Source: Verrucomicrobiota bacterium
GTDB taxonomy: Bacteria > Verrucomicrobiota > Verrucomicrobiia > Limisphaerales > UBA1096
Direction of reading: 5' to 3'
DNA length: 64,000 nucleotides
Assembly (NCBI GenBank): GCA_014382705.1
Contig: JACNJE010000082.1
Coordinates: 19,665-83,664, forward strand
The stretch's first letter is position 1; each line of letters begins with the position of its first letter. The notes beneath the pieces are model-generated. The model had not been told where the DNA came from. It saw nothing but the letters and a program-made list of their open reading frames with translations, and ran no database searches. Positions 37,996-48,633 of the stretch are shown here, piece after piece. A program made the position numbers and the translations under genes.

Positions 37996-40392
37996 TCAGA
38001 CTGCACTCCCCGTTTCCGCGGGCTTCTTCGGTTCCGACTCCCCTTCCTTGCCCTCTTCGCCGCCCGGCTTGTCGCTCTTGTAGTGACTGGCGTAGTAGCG
38101 ATTCTGGTAATAGTAGTAGGAGTAATAATAGGAATCCTTGCCCTCGAAATCGAGGTCGTTGATGCAGACCCCGACGATGTTGATTCCGGCATCTTGAATG
38201 CGCTGCACAGTCTTGCGCGCGTGCTCGCGGCGAATTTTGTTAAATTTACTCACAAAGATGATCCCGTCCGTCGCTGCGGCAATCATCAACGGATCGCTGA
38301 CCGCCGAGACCGGCGGACAGTCGAACATGATCTTGTCGTATTTGTTCCTGACTTCCTCGATGAAATCCCGCATCCGTTGCGAACCAGCCAACTCCGATGG
38401 GTTGTTGGGAACCGCCCCGCAGCAGATGACGTCGAGGTTTGGCACCTCGGTATGATGGACAATCTCGTCGATACTGTCGGCCTTGCCAAGCAGATACGAA
38501 GACAAGCCACGCGGACTCTGTAACTGGAACGCCTTGTGAACGGAGGGCCGACGAAGGTCGAAATCCACCAGCAACGTTTTGACACCAGTTTGAGCCATGA
38601 CAATGGCATGGTTGCTGGCAACAAGGGATTTGCCCTCGGCGGGTACGGTGCTGGTGACAGCCACCACATGGAGATCACCGGCGCGTTGCGAAAGCGCAAT
38701 GGCCGCACGAACGGTGCGGAACGATTCCGCTGAGTTGGATTGCGGATGCAAGTGTGCCTGCAAATCCCGCTCGATGACGCTGGTGGTCTTGATATTGGGA
38801 ATGTAACCGAGGAACGGCAGCTTGAGATATGCCTCCACGTCGTCCTGACTCTTGATCGAGTCATCGAGAAAATTGACGAAGAATGCCAAGCCAAACCCTG
38901 CCCCCAGGCCGCCCACGATACCGAGAAAAAGGGTCAGCATTTTCTTGGGCTTGATCGGATCCATCTGCGCCGTGGCCAAGTCGATGACATGCATATTTTG
39001 GACGATGTCCTTCTCCTGCAACTCAGTTTCCTTCAGGCGCTGGAGTGCGAGATTGTACATGGTCTCAGACTGCTTGGCCTCTCGCTCCAAGGCGTAGTAC
39101 TCGATGCTCTGCTGATTCTTCGCCTGTTGCTCTGATTTGCGAACGACCAGAACGCCCTGCAAGCTTAACGCCGTTGCCCTGGCAAGCTCGGCTTGGTTTA
39201 AAATGGAATCGAAAATCCGCCTCTCGGAATCGGCCAAGCCCACCTTCAACGACTCGATCTTGCCACGTTTCTCGATGACCTTGGGATGTTTATCCAAATA
39301 GCGCTTCAGTATCTCTGCCAATTCAGCTTCGGCCAAGGCCAAGTCGCCGCGAATTTTCCTGACTTCTGTATCAGTCGCCACATCAGGGATCGTGCCGTAC
39401 TGCTTGGTTTCTTCGAAAACCCTTTCCGCTTCGCCGGCTGCAGCCACTGCTGAAACTTCGCGGCTGTGAGCGGTATCGTAATCGGTTTGAGCCTGAATCA
39501 GCGCCTGCAGCGTAACGTTCTGGCTTTCCTCAAGGGAGATGATGTCGTTGTCCTTCTTGTAATTCAGCAGCGCCCCATAGTTATCCCGAACCTTGTCGCT
39601 GAGATTCGCAGCCTCCGTCTTCAGGAAGTCCACGGCATTGGTTAACTTTCCGCGCTTGCGGTTGTTGTCCTGCTCAAGAAACTTGGTAATGATCGTGTTG
39701 GCAATCAGGGCCGCCTCGTTGCGGTTAGGACTCTCCACGCTCACATCCACCAGCCGGCTGAGACGAATCGGAGAAACTGAAACCGACCCGGAAATCCGTT
39801 CCAAAAGCTTCTCTCGGCTTGGCTCGTCACCCTCTTTGGGTTCTTTAGGAAAGGCGAACAGGCCGGGAGTCCGCGATGGATTCTCCTCCTTGGCCAAGCT
39901 GGGGGCGTTGCCGCCCGTGTAGTTTGTCTCGCCAAAAAAACCGGCCACCGCCATTTGCCCCAGACGCTGAACAACATTGGTTTCAGCCATTTCGGATAAT
40001 TTGGCCAACTGCGCGGGGCTGCGCTTCCCTGATTTGAGTCCTCTCAGAATCTTCGCGTTCTGCTGCGTCTCATCCAGCACCATCTCCATCAGCGAGCGGC
40101 TTTGCAGGTTTTTGTACTGCGTCTGGAGGTAGTCCTGCCCCTGCATGCCCTCCATCACGAACGACTCCATTCGCATCGAGTTTTCTGTTTCATTATCAAT
40201 CTGCAATCGAGTCGTCGCGGAGAAAATGGGCGTGGCGGTGAACAGGTAAATCACGCAAAGCACCATCACCACCAGAAACGTGGCAGCCAGCAGCCAGCGC
40301 CGCTCCAAGATAATGTGCCAGTAATGACGAAGATTGATGGACTCCTCGAAAAGCCCCTCCTCCCTCGATTCCCCGAATTGTTGTTGCTCCAT
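37996..40392 (-). CDS. Polysaccharide co-polymerase / tyrosine autokinase (Wzc/GumC-like)
   Basis: N-terminal Wzz-type TM plus chain-length determinant region, a long coiled coil, a C-terminal P-loop (VTSTVPAEGKSLVASN), and a Tyr-rich tail (YYYSYYYYQNRYYASHY). Confidence 0.8.
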   Translation of the reverse strand: MEQQQFGESREEGLFEESINLRHYWHIILERRWLLAATFLVVMVLCVIYLFTATPIFSATTRLQIDNETENSMRMESFVMEGMQGQDYLQTQYKNLQSRSLMEMVLDETQQNAKILRGLKSGKRSPAQLAKLSEMAETNVVQRLGQMAVAGFFGETNYTGGNAPSLAKEENPSRTPGLFAFPKEPKEGDEPSREKLLERISGSVSVSPIRLSRLVDVSVESPNRNEAALIANTIITKFLEQDNNRKRGKLTNAVDFLKTEAANLSDKVRDNYGALLNYKKDNDIISLEESQNVTLQALIQAQTDYDTAHSREVSAVAAAGEAERVFEETKQYGTIPDVATDTEVRKIRGDLALAEAELAEILKRYLDKHPKVIEKRGKIESLKVGLADSERRIFDSILNQAELARATALSLQGVLVVRKSEQQAKNQQSIEYYALEREAKQSETMYNLALQRLKETELQEKDIVQNMHVIDLATAQMDPIKPKKMLTLFLGIVGGLGAGFGLAFFVNFLDDSIKSQDDVEAYLKLPFLGYIPNIKTTSVIERDLQAHLHPQSNSAESFRTVRAAIALSQRAGDLHVVAVTSTVPAEGKSLVASNHAIVMAQTGVKTLLVDFDLRRPSVHKAFQLQSPRGLSSYLLGKADSIDEIVHHTEVPNLDVICCGAVPNNPSELAGSQRMRDFIEEVRNKYDKIMFDCPPVSAVSDPLMIAAATDGIIFVSKFNKIRREHARKTVQRIQDAGINIVGVCINDLDFEGKDSYYYSYYYYQNRYYASHYKSDKPGGEEGKEGESEPKKPAETGSAV

Positions 40393-40400
40393 GGATACGG

Positions 40401-41036
40401 TTAAAATGCAGACTCGTGGACGTAAATCAGGTCATCCGGACTCAGCCAGATTTTCTTGGCCGGGTTCGTCTCTTTTTTGAGTTTATCCAGGTCATAGGTT
40501 TTGGTGACACCTCCCCGGGTCAGGTCAATCCTGCTCGTCCGGGCCAGCTTGGTAAACCCCCCCGCCTGAGCAATCCCCGACAGGATGTCCAGCCGTTGCT
40601 CCGCCGGTAAATCGATCAGGCCCGGCTTGCTCACTTGACCCATCACGGTGACATTGCTGACCCGGTAGGTCTTGACGAGCACAAGTACGTGAGGATCGCG
40701 GATGTAATCCTTCATAAGCAGGTCACGAATGTGCCTCTCCGCCTCGGCGGGAGTTTTCCCGGCCACCTCAACACTGCCCAGCAGGTAAAGTGTCACTTCG
40801 CCAGTCGATGACACGCGCAACTCCAGGCCGCTGTTGTCCTTGCCGCTAAACTCCTCCTCACCAAACACGTTGACGGTGAGCATGTCGAGGGCTTCAATTT
40901 TGCGGTCGGTATCCACCTTGGTGCCCGCCTTGGCCTTGGCTGTCGCTGGTTCCTGTGCAAACGCCGCTTGGCCAAGCAGGGCGCACGCAGCAAGCAAGCC
41001 GCCCGCCCGCCGACTCCATTTTACAAAAGTTTTCAT
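40401..41036 (-). CDS. Polysaccharide export outer-membrane protein (Wza-like)
   Basis: Signal peptide (start at MKTFVKW), a Poly_export-like segment (LDMLTVNVFGEEEFSG) and a SLBB-like region. Located next to the Wzc-like gene. Confidence 0.7.
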   Translation of the reverse strand: MKTFVKWSRRAGGLLAACALLGQAAFAQEPATAKAKAGTKVDTDRKIEALDMLTVNVFGEEEFSGKDNSGLELRVSSTGEVTLYLLGSVEVAGKTPAEAERHIRDLLMKDYIRDPHVLVLVKTYRVSNVTVMGQVSKPGLIDLPAEQRLDILSGIAQAGGFTKLARTSRIDLTRGGVTKTYDLDKLKKETNPAKKIWLSPDDLIYVHESAF

Positions 41037-41037
41037 C

Positions 41038-42321
41038 TTAATAACCCACCGAAAGCCCCAACATAACGCGATTGACGTTGTAGTCAATATTCCCCTTGTT
41101 GCTGTCGAACATGTCGAAGCTGTAACTTAACTGCGCGTTCATCCACTGGTTGACCCGGTAGGTCAGGCCGGCGTTGGCGCGCAGCCATTTGTATTGGCGG
41201 CCATCGAGCGACTCGTAATCATCAAGTTCGTACATCACGCTCGCATCCGCCGCCAGTTTGCCTTCCGTGCCGATTTCCTGATTCAGCACAATCGAAACCA
41301 TGTCCGCCGCATACCCCCAATCCGGGCTTTCCACCGAGACTCGGCCTTCCCGCAAGTAGGTGAATGTGCCCGTGCGCTTGGCCGTAAATTCGTACTCAAG
41401 CGACACCTGAAAAACCGGCATCCCATGTGACCCGCCGCCGCCGCCGTTGGCCAAGCGGTCAAACTCCCGAACTTGATACCCCACCCGGGCACGCCCTGTA
41501 AGTTTCTCCCGAAAATCACCGTCAGCCTCGACGAAAAAGCCGCCAAAATCAGAGTCCGGGCGCTGGGACATCCGTGAGATGTTTTTACCCACAGTGGTCT
41601 GCCCGTAAAAACCGCCGCCAAACATCTTGATCTTCGGGAACGCCTGCCAGCCGAACCCCAGCGCCCCACGCACGCTGGAAACATCGTAAAGCGCGTACGG
41701 CGTTTTGCCTCCAAACACATCTGTGTAATAATAATGCGGCTCTTCGGAATAATCCGAGGCGTTGTAGCCGGCGGAAGCGTAAAGACTCGTCTTGGGGCTG
41801 AGGATGTAGTCGACTCGATAGCGGTCGCTGAAGTAAACGCGCTCAACCAGCCGCTTGCGGTCCGCCAAGGCGATCGAACGCTCACGGCCGCTCAGGATGG
41901 AGTTGTCCCAGCGGATCGAGTCGGTACCGGTTATCCTGTATTTCCCTTCCTTTTGGTAGTTGATGGCGAAGGTCAGGGCGTGGTTGGCGCTGTTGATCTC
42001 GCTGTTCTCGGCGTACCAATTCTGGCTCAGCGTGTAGTCGAGGCCGATGTAGTTGCTGTCGAGAATGTTATCGCCAAACTGCAGACCAACGCCCGGTGAG
42101 AGGGTCGTCACCAGGTCGTCGACTTTCCCCAAATCATCGCTCAACAAAAAAACGTTGTCGTCGTACCTCTCCGACAACGAGACGTGGGGCAGAACCACGA
42201 CCGGCCCGACGATCGGCGCCAGCACGTCCTCCGGCTCGATGCCGTGTGCTGACTCCACTTGGCCAAGCGCCAGCGCCGCCGTGGCCAAGCCGATGATCCC
42301 TCTCTGTTTAAAGCAGTCCAA
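41038..42321 (-). CDS. Outer-membrane beta-barrel protein associated with the polysaccharide export module
   Basis: Alternating beta-strand pattern with a C-terminal ...MLGLSVGY (terminal aromatic). Signal peptide GLATAALALGQVESAHG. The proposed TTG start at 42321 is uncertain. Confidence 0.45.
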   Translation of the reverse strand: MDCFKQRGIIGLATAALALGQVESAHGIEPEDVLAPIVGPVVVLPHVSLSERYDDNVFLLSDDLGKVDDLVTTLSPGVGLQFGDNILDSNYIGLDYTLSQNWYAENSEINSANHALTFAINYQKEGKYRITGTDSIRWDNSILSGRERSIALADRKRLVERVYFSDRYRVDYILSPKTSLYASAGYNASDYSEEPHYYYTDVFGGKTPYALYDVSSVRGALGFGWQAFPKIKMFGGGFYGQTTVGKNISRMSQRPDSDFGGFFVEADGDFREKLTGRARVGYQVREFDRLANGGGGGSHGMPVFQVSLEYEFTAKRTGTFTYLREGRVSVESPDWGYAADMVSIVLNQEIGTEGKLAADASVMYELDDYESLDGRQYKWLRANAGLTYRVNQWMNAQLSYSFDMFDSNKGNIDYNVNRVMLGLSVGY

Positions 42322-42473
42322 AGTTTGTGGCCGGTGCTTAATCCGGCCGTTCCTCCCCGCGCACGGGGCCGACTTGGGTACGCTTTTTGCCAAGGGATTG
42401 CAAAGCAATAACAGCCAACGGTTTGGCGGTTTTTCTCCTTTCCGCCGAGTCGGGGCGTTCCTACTCTGCGCGC

Positions 42474-43409
42474 GTGGACGACTTGTTCCAAAACTCGATC
42501 GGCGCCGCCACACGCTTCTGTGCGGTGTACGGCCAGCCGATCCGCCACTCCGGCTCGCCGGCGATGCACAACCCCGCCCTGGCCAAGCTGGGGCTGGACT
42601 GGTGTTACCTCGCGTTTGAGGTCAGCCCGGACGCGCTTGGCCAAGCGATCGAGGGGGCGCGGGCGATGCACTTCGCCGGCCTCAACCTCACCGTCCCGCA
42701 CAAGCTGCTGGCCGTCGATCTGGTCGATGCGCTCGACGAGTCCGCAAAAACTTGGGGCGCGGTGAACACGATTTGTTTCGAGGTGAAAAACGACTCCGGC
42801 GACTGGACGCCGCTTGGCCAAGTCGCCGGCCCGCCCTCCGGCGAGGTTCGCGCAAAAGGCTACAACACCGACGCCGACGCCATCACGCTGGCGTTGCAGC
42901 AGGATCTCGGCCTGAGCCTGGCCGGGCAGCGGGTGTTGTTGCTTGGGGCGGGTGGGGCGGGGCGGGTGGCCACGCTCAAGCTGGCCGCCGAGGGCGTCGC
43001 CGAGTTGCATCTGGTCAATCGCACCACAGCCAAAGCCGAGCAGTTGGCCGGCGAGATCGCCGCGCGCTTCCCGCAAACCAAGGCCGTTGTCGGCTACCCC
43101 GAAAACATCGCCGGCAAAATCGACCTCCTGCTCAACGCCACGTCGCTTGGCCTCAAGCCGGGCGACTCGCTGCCGCTCGACGAGTCGCAGTTCAGCCTCG
43201 CCAACGCGCCGGCGGTGTTCGACATGATTTATCAGCCAGCCGTCACGCCGCTCTTGGCCAAGGCGGCCGACGCTGGATGCCGCACCGCCAACGGCCTCGG
43301 CATGCTGCTTTGGCAGGGGGCCAAGGCGCTGGAAATCTGGACCGGCCAAGCGGCCCCCATCGACGTGATGCGCGCCGCACTCGAGTCGCACATTACCAGT
43401 GATGAGTGA
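42474..43409 (+). CDS. aroE: Shikimate dehydrogenase
   Basis: FCAVYGQPIRHSGSPAMHN substrate motif and LLLGAGGAGRV NADP motif. The GTG start at 42474 is preferred over the ATG at 42387. Confidence 0.85.
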   Translation: MDDLFQNSIGAATRFCAVYGQPIRHSGSPAMHNPALAKLGLDWCYLAFEVSPDALGQAIEGARAMHFAGLNLTVPHKLLAVDLVDALDESAKTWGAVNTICFEVKNDSGDWTPLGQVAGPPSGEVRAKGYNTDADAITLALQQDLGLSLAGQRVLLLGAGGAGRVATLKLAAEGVAELHLVNRTTAKAEQLAGEIAARFPQTKAVVGYPENIAGKIDLLLNATSLGLKPGDSLPLDESQFSLANAPAVFDMIYQPAVTPLLAKAADAGCRTANGLGMLLWQGAKALEIWTGQAAPIDVMRAALESHITSDE

Positions 43410-44517
43410 CGCCGAGCTGACTTTTTGGATGCGCGCTCCGTTCGTGTTTTGGAGCTTCGTGTTCTTCGTGTTTGGCGCGGTAGTCGGCAGTTTTCTCAAC
43501 GTCTGCATTTACCGGATGCCACGCGACTTGAGCTTGGCCAAGCCGGGGTCGCAGTGCCCCAAGTGCGGCTTTGCGATCCCGTGGCGGCTGAATATCCCGA
43601 TCGTGAGCTGGCTTTGGCTGCGTGGGAAATGCCGGCAATGCGCCGCCCCGATCTCACCGCGCTACCTCGGCGTCGAGTTGCTCACCGGCTTGGCATTTCT
43701 CGCAAGCTGGCTGGCGTTTGGGGAGCAAACGACGACGGGAGTGCTTCTGGCGTTGACGTGGGGCTTCGTGCTCGCGGGGCTGATCGCCGCGACATTCATC
43801 GACTTCGAGCATTTCATCATCCCGGACCAAATCACGCTTGGCGGCGTGGCGGCGGGCTTTCTCGTCTCGGCGGCGTTGCCAGCGCTGCATGATGTTGCCG
43901 AGCCGACCGACTCGCTGATGGCGAGCGGAATGGGCATCCTCGTTGGCGCCGGATCGGTGCTCGCCGTGCTGCAACTGGGCAAACTGCTGTTCGGCAAGGT
44001 CCGGGTGACGCTTGGAGACGGCGAGCCAGCAATCTTTACCGAATCAGCGCTGCACCTGCCGGACGAAGTCGTGCCGTATGAGGAGATCTTTTTTCGCAAC
44101 TCAGATACGATTCGCCTGCACGCCAGGCGGGTGGAACTGATCGACCGCTGTTACACTAATCTCGACGTGGCACTCTCGCCCAAGCGGTTGACGATCGGTG
44201 ATGAGTCATTCGACCCGGAGACGGTTCCGTTTCTCAAGGCGGAGACGGATGAACTGGTGATCCCACGCGAGGCGATGGGGTTTGGCGACGTGAAATTCAT
44301 GGCGGCCATCGGCGCGTTCGTCGGCTGGCAGGGGGCGCTGTTTTCGCTGATGGCCAGCGCGGTGGTTGGCGCGGTGGTCGGGGTGGTGCTGATCGCGATC
44401 GGCCGGCGCGACTGGTCGGCACGACTGCCATACGGGCCGTACATCTCGCTGGCGGCGGTGATCTGGATTTTCTTTCGCGAGCCGATCGTCGCCGCATTGC
44501 TCCCGCCTGGCCCATAG
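43399..44517 (+). CDS. Prepilin peptidase (A24 family) with a ~95-aa insertion before the GxGD active-site motif
   Basis: GSFLNVCIYRMP, zinc motif CPKCG...CRQC, first Asp region FIDFEHFIIPD, and second Asp motif AMGFGDVKFMAAIGAF. Confidence 0.8.
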   Translation: MMSDAELTFWMRAPFVFWSFVFFVFGAVVGSFLNVCIYRMPRDLSLAKPGSQCPKCGFAIPWRLNIPIVSWLWLRGKCRQCAAPISPRYLGVELLTGLAFLASWLAFGEQTTTGVLLALTWGFVLAGLIAATFIDFEHFIIPDQITLGGVAAGFLVSAALPALHDVAEPTDSLMASGMGILVGAGSVLAVLQLGKLLFGKVRVTLGDGEPAIFTESALHLPDEVVPYEEIFFRNSDTIRLHARRVELIDRCYTNLDVALSPKRLTIGDESFDPETVPFLKAETDELVIPREAMGFGDVKFMAAIGAFVGWQGALFSLMASAVVGAVVGVVLIAIGRRDWSARLPYGPYISLAAVIWIFFREPIVAALLPPGP

Positions 44518-44539
44518 GCCAAGCGCTTGGCCAAGCGGA
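44517..44539. repeat. 1.5-unit palindrome filling the 23-bp convergent spacer between the prepilin peptidase gene and purF
   Basis: GGCCAAGCGCTTGGCCAAGCGGA, identical to 388..410. Its first base is the last base of the prepilin peptidase TAG stop. Confidence 0.9.
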
Positions 44540-44540
44540 G

Positions 44541-46001
44541 TCAGAGCAGGCGGGGCTGCAGTTCCTCCTTGGCCAAGGCCTCGCCGATGCTTTCCACCCG
44601 GGCGCGGCGCTGCTCCATGATGTGCTTGTCGAGCGCCGGGTCAAACGCCACCGGGTAGTCGCCGTCGTAACAAGCCATGCAGAAGTTCTCCGGCGGCAGG
44701 CCGGTCGCCTTCACCATCCCCTCCTGCGACAGATACGCCACCGAGTCGGCGTTAAGGTAGTCACAGATTTCCTCGATTGAATGGTTGGCCGCCATCAGCT
44801 TTTTGCGATCCGGAAAGTCGATTCCGTAAAAGCACGGGTTCATGTGCGGAGGGCAGCTCACGCGCACGTGAACCTCCTTCGCGCCGGCTTCCTTGAGGTT
44901 ATTCACCCGCGCCTTGCTCGTGGTGCCGCGGACGATCGAGTCGTCCACGATGATCACCCGCTTGCCGTCCACCAGCTCGTTGATGAGGTTGAGCTTCACG
45001 CGCACGTTGAAGTCGCGGATGAGCTGCGACGGCTGCAGGAAACTCCGGCCGACATAGTGGTTGCGCACAAACGCCATCTCGTACGGCAGGCCGGTCTCAA
45101 GCGCGTAGCCCAGCGCGGCGCAGTTGCCGCTGTCCGGCACCGGTACGACGAGGTCGGCCTCAACGGCGGTTTCCTTGGCCATCTCACGGCCCATGTTGAC
45201 ACGCACGCCGTAAACGCTCCGGTCGGATATAATCGAGTCCGGCCGGCTGAAATACACATACTCAAAAATGCAGAACGCCCGGCGCTCCTGCATCGGGAAG
45301 GCGCTGATCGACTGGATGCCGTCGTCGTTGATGATGACGATTTCGCCCGGCTCGACGTCGCGCACGAACTCGGCCTGGATCAAATCAAACGCGCATGTCT
45401 CGCTCGAGAGCACGTACGCGCCATCCAGTTTGCCGATGGAAAGTGGCCGGAAGCCGTGCGGGTCGCGCACGCCGATCAGTTCGTTCTCCGTCATGACGAC
45501 CAGCGAATAGGCGCCCTGAATCCGCTGCAGACTCTGCACGAGGTTGTTTTCGCTGCCGTTGGTCGGCCGGGCCATCAGGTGCAGGATGATCTCACTGTCC
45601 ACCGTGGTCTGGAAGATGGAGCCGTTCAACTCCAGTTCCTCCCGTAACTGCGCAGCGTTGGTGAGGTTGCCGTTGTGGGCGATGGCGATCTGCCCCTTGC
45701 TGCAGTCCACCGTCAGCGGCTGGGAATTGCGGTGGTGCGACGAGCCGGTCGTGGAGTAGCGCGTGTGGCCGACCGCCATGCTGCCCTTGAGACTGGCGAG
45801 CGCGTTGCCCTTGAACACCTGCGGCACCAGTCCCATTCCCTTGTGCGCGCGAAATTGGCCCTCCACGCAGGTCACGATGCCGGCACTTTCCTGTCCGCGA
45901 TGCTGCAGCGCGTAAAGCCCGTAGTAGGTCAGCTCCGCCGCGTTTGCATGGCCGTACACTCCGAAGACGCCGCAGTAATGCCGGGGTTGTGTGTCGCTCA
46001 T
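44541..46001 (-). CDS. purF: Amidophosphoribosyltransferase
   Basis: A short propeptide then the CGVFGVYGH Ntn nucleophile, and a PRTase motif [13 protein letters not shown]. Start set at MSDTQ. Confidence 0.95.
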   Translation of the reverse strand: MSDTQPRHYCGVFGVYGHANAAELTYYGLYALQHRGQESAGIVTCVEGQFRAHKGMGLVPQVFKGNALASLKGSMAVGHTRYSTTGSSHHRNSQPLTVDCSKGQIAIAHNGNLTNAAQLREELELNGSIFQTTVDSEIILHLMARPTNGSENNLVQSLQRIQGAYSLVVMTENELIGVRDPHGFRPLSIGKLDGAYVLSSETCAFDLIQAEFVRDVEPGEIVIINDDGIQSISAFPMQERRAFCIFEYVYFSRPDSIISDRSVYGVRVNMGREMAKETAVEADLVVPVPDSGNCAALGYALETGLPYEMAFVRNHYVGRSFLQPSQLIRDFNVRVKLNLINELVDGKRVIIVDDSIVRGTTSKARVNNLKEAGAKEVHVRVSCPPHMNPCFYGIDFPDRKKLMAANHSIEEICDYLNADSVAYLSQEGMVKATGLPPENFCMACYDGDYPVAFDPALDKHIMEQRRARVESIGEALAKEELQPRLL

Positions 46002-48316
46002 TGTACCATGGCTCGTGCAATGGTGTTCCACCACACGTCGTGGAGTTCGCTCAGCTGCCACGACAAATGGGTTTCCCCGGCCGCGATGTCAAGCGTGTCG
46101 CCGCCGGAGACGGTGCCGATCCGCGCCGCCGGCACGCCGAGCAGCTTGGCCCGCTCGATCGCCGCCCCGGCCTCGGCCTCAGCCGCCGTGATGACCACCC
46201 GCCCGTGCGACTCGCCAAAAAGCAACGCGTCGATCCTCGCGCAGTCGATTCCCTCGAGATCGATCGTCACCCCCGTGAGTTTCGGCGTGTCGCGGGCGGT
46301 GAGTTGGGAAATGCAGCACTCGGCCAGCGCCACGGCCAAGCCGCCCTCGGCACAGTCATGCGCGCTCTTCACACAACCCGTTGCGATCAGGCCAAGCAGC
46401 GCATCGTGCAACGCGCTCTCCTTGGCCAAGTCGCACGGCGGCGGGGCACCCTCCTTGCGGCCGTGCTCGGTTTGCAGCAGCGCGGAGCCGCCCAAGCCGA
46501 GCAGCGGATCGTCGCCATTCACCGCTTGGCCAAGCAGGATGACGGCATCTCCCTCATCCTTAAACCATTGGCTCGTAATGTGTTCCGGCTTCTCGACCAA
46601 GCCGACCATCCCGACCGTCGGGGTCGGGTCGATGGCCCCGGCCGGGTTTTGGTTGTACAGGCTGACGTTGCCGCCGGTGACCGGCGTGCCGAACGCCTCG
46701 CACGCCTCGGCCAAGCCGCGCACGCTCTCCTTGAGCTGCCAAAACAGTTCCGGGTTGTGCGGATTGCCGAAGTTCAAATTGTCGGTCGCCCCCAGCGGCC
46801 TCGCCCCGGAGCAGACCAAGTTCCGCGCCGCCTCCGCAACCGTGGCTTTGCTGCCCTCGTATGGATCGAGGTACACGTGCGTGCCGTTGCAATCGACGCT
46901 CATCGCGAGGTACTTGTCCGGGATGCCGTTCTGCGGCGCATCGGCGGGCAACGGCGGATACGAGTCGGCCTTGACGCGGATGACCGCCGCATCGGAGCCG
47001 GGACTAAGCGCCGTGCCGGCGCGCACCATGTGGTCGTACTGGCAGTACACCCAGTTTTTGGAGGCGATCGTCGGCCAGCCGAGCAGCGTGGCCAAGGCGG
47101 CCCGTAGATCAGTCAACAACGGGATGTCTTCGAGTTGCAACGCACGAGTCAGCGCGAGGTACGCCGGCTCGCGGGCCTCGCGATGGTACAGGGGCGCCTC
47201 GTCCGCGAGCTTGGCCGCCGGGACGCTGGCAACAACGGTGCCGTGATTTTTCACCACCATCATCCCGTCGCCAGTCACTTCGCCCACCTCGGCCCACGGC
47301 AGATCCCACTTCTCAAATATCCGTTTGACCTCCTCCTCGCGGCCCTTGTGGACGATGATGAGCATCCGCTCCTGCGACTCGCTTAGCAGAATCTCGTACG
47401 GCGTCATGTCAGGCGCGCGCTGCGGCACCTTGGCCAAGTCAATCTCGATGCCGGTTCCGCCGCGGGCCGCCGTCTCGCAGGTCGAGCAGGTGAGGCCGGC
47501 CGCGCCCATGTCCTGTATGCCCGCGACCGCGCCGGTGGCGAGCAACTCAAGGCAGGCCTCCATGCACAGCTTCTCCATGAACGGATCGCCAACCTGCACC
47601 GCGCCACGCTGTTGCTCGGCCGATTCCTCGGTCAAGTCCTGCGACGCAAACGCCGCCCCGGCCAAGCCGTCCCGCCCCGTCGCCGGGCCAACGTAAAATA
47701 CCGGGTTGCCGACGCCCTTGGCCGCGCCCCGGGCCACCTGGCTATGCCGTAACACCCCGAGGCTGAAGGCGTTAACGAGCGGATTACCCTCGTAGGAGGG
47801 GTCAAAATAAACCTCGCCGGCGACGGTCGGCAGGCCGATGCAGTTGCCGTAATGGGCGATGCCAGCCACCACGCCGCGGAACAGCCGCCGCACGGCCGGT
47901 GACTCGAGACTGCCGAACCGCAGCGAGTTCATGCAGGCGATCGGCCGGGCGCCCATGGTGAAAATATCGCGGATGATGCCGCCCACGCCAGTCGCCGCCC
48001 CCTGGAACGGCTCGACCGCGCTGGGGTGGTTGTGCGACTCGATCTTGAACGCCACGCCCAGTCCGTCGCCCATGTCGATCACGCCGGCATTCTCCTCCCC
48101 GGCGGCGACGAGGACCTTGGGCGACTGCGTGGGAAATGTCTTGAGCAAGGCCCGTGTGTTTTTGTAGGAGCAATGCTCGCTCCACATCACGGAGAAAATG
48201 CCCAGCTCGGTGAGGTTCGGCTCGCGGCCGAGAATCTCGAGGATGTGCTCGTATTCCTCCGCTGTGACACCGTGTTCCTCGATGACTTCCGGGGTGATCT
48301 CAGGCTCGGGCATCAA
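45998..48316 (-). CDS. purL: Phosphoribosylformylglycinamidine synthase subunit PurL (FGAM synthase II)
   Basis: 772 aa with WSEHCSYK and ESHNHPS motifs. Overlaps the purF start by 4 nt. Confidence 0.95.
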   Translation of the reverse strand: MMPEPEITPEVIEEHGVTAEEYEHILEILGREPNLTELGIFSVMWSEHCSYKNTRALLKTFPTQSPKVLVAAGEENAGVIDMGDGLGVAFKIESHNHPSAVEPFQGAATGVGGIIRDIFTMGARPIACMNSLRFGSLESPAVRRLFRGVVAGIAHYGNCIGLPTVAGEVYFDPSYEGNPLVNAFSLGVLRHSQVARGAAKGVGNPVFYVGPATGRDGLAGAAFASQDLTEESAEQQRGAVQVGDPFMEKLCMEACLELLATGAVAGIQDMGAAGLTCSTCETAARGGTGIEIDLAKVPQRAPDMTPYEILLSESQERMLIIVHKGREEEVKRIFEKWDLPWAEVGEVTGDGMMVVKNHGTVVASVPAAKLADEAPLYHREAREPAYLALTRALQLEDIPLLTDLRAALATLLGWPTIASKNWVYCQYDHMVRAGTALSPGSDAAVIRVKADSYPPLPADAPQNGIPDKYLAMSVDCNGTHVYLDPYEGSKATVAEAARNLVCSGARPLGATDNLNFGNPHNPELFWQLKESVRGLAEACEAFGTPVTGGNVSLYNQNPAGAIDPTPTVGMVGLVEKPEHITSQWFKDEGDAVILLGQAVNGDDPLLGLGGSALLQTEHGRKEGAPPPCDLAKESALHDALLGLIATGCVKSAHDCAEGGLAVALAECCISQLTARDTPKLTGVTIDLEGIDCARIDALLFGESHGRVVITAAEAEAGAAIERAKLLGVPAARIGTVSGGDTLDIAAGETHLSWQLSELHDVWWNTIARAMVQ

Positions 48317-48476
48317 GGCAGTCGCCGCGCGGAGGGCGGGGCGTTGGGGGGTGAAACGGAGTCTTCAAGGGATCGGTTCGCATCAGTTCCGGCAACCGGT
48401 CGCGGCAAGATAGGGAGGCGAAAAACCGGATGCAAGTCCCCCCTGAAAATAGATGCCAAAAAAGGGGGAGGAAGAC

Positions 48477-48633
48477 GCCCTCTCCCAGCAGGAGAGGGCT
48501 GTGGAGAGGGAGAAAACAACCGACGTTCCGGAACTCAAAGCAAACAAATCCTTCTTCAACGATGGCGTCTTAAAAAAACCCCAGCGTTTCACCCTCATCC
48601 GGCCTGCGGCCACCTTCTCCCTGAGGGAGAAGG
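48477..48633. repeat. Two REP-like hairpins in the purL/S8-protease divergent spacer
   Basis: GCCCTCTCC-CAGCA-GGAGAGGGC (48477-48499) and CCTTCTCCC-TGA-GGGAGAAGG (48613-48633). Confidence 0.55.
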
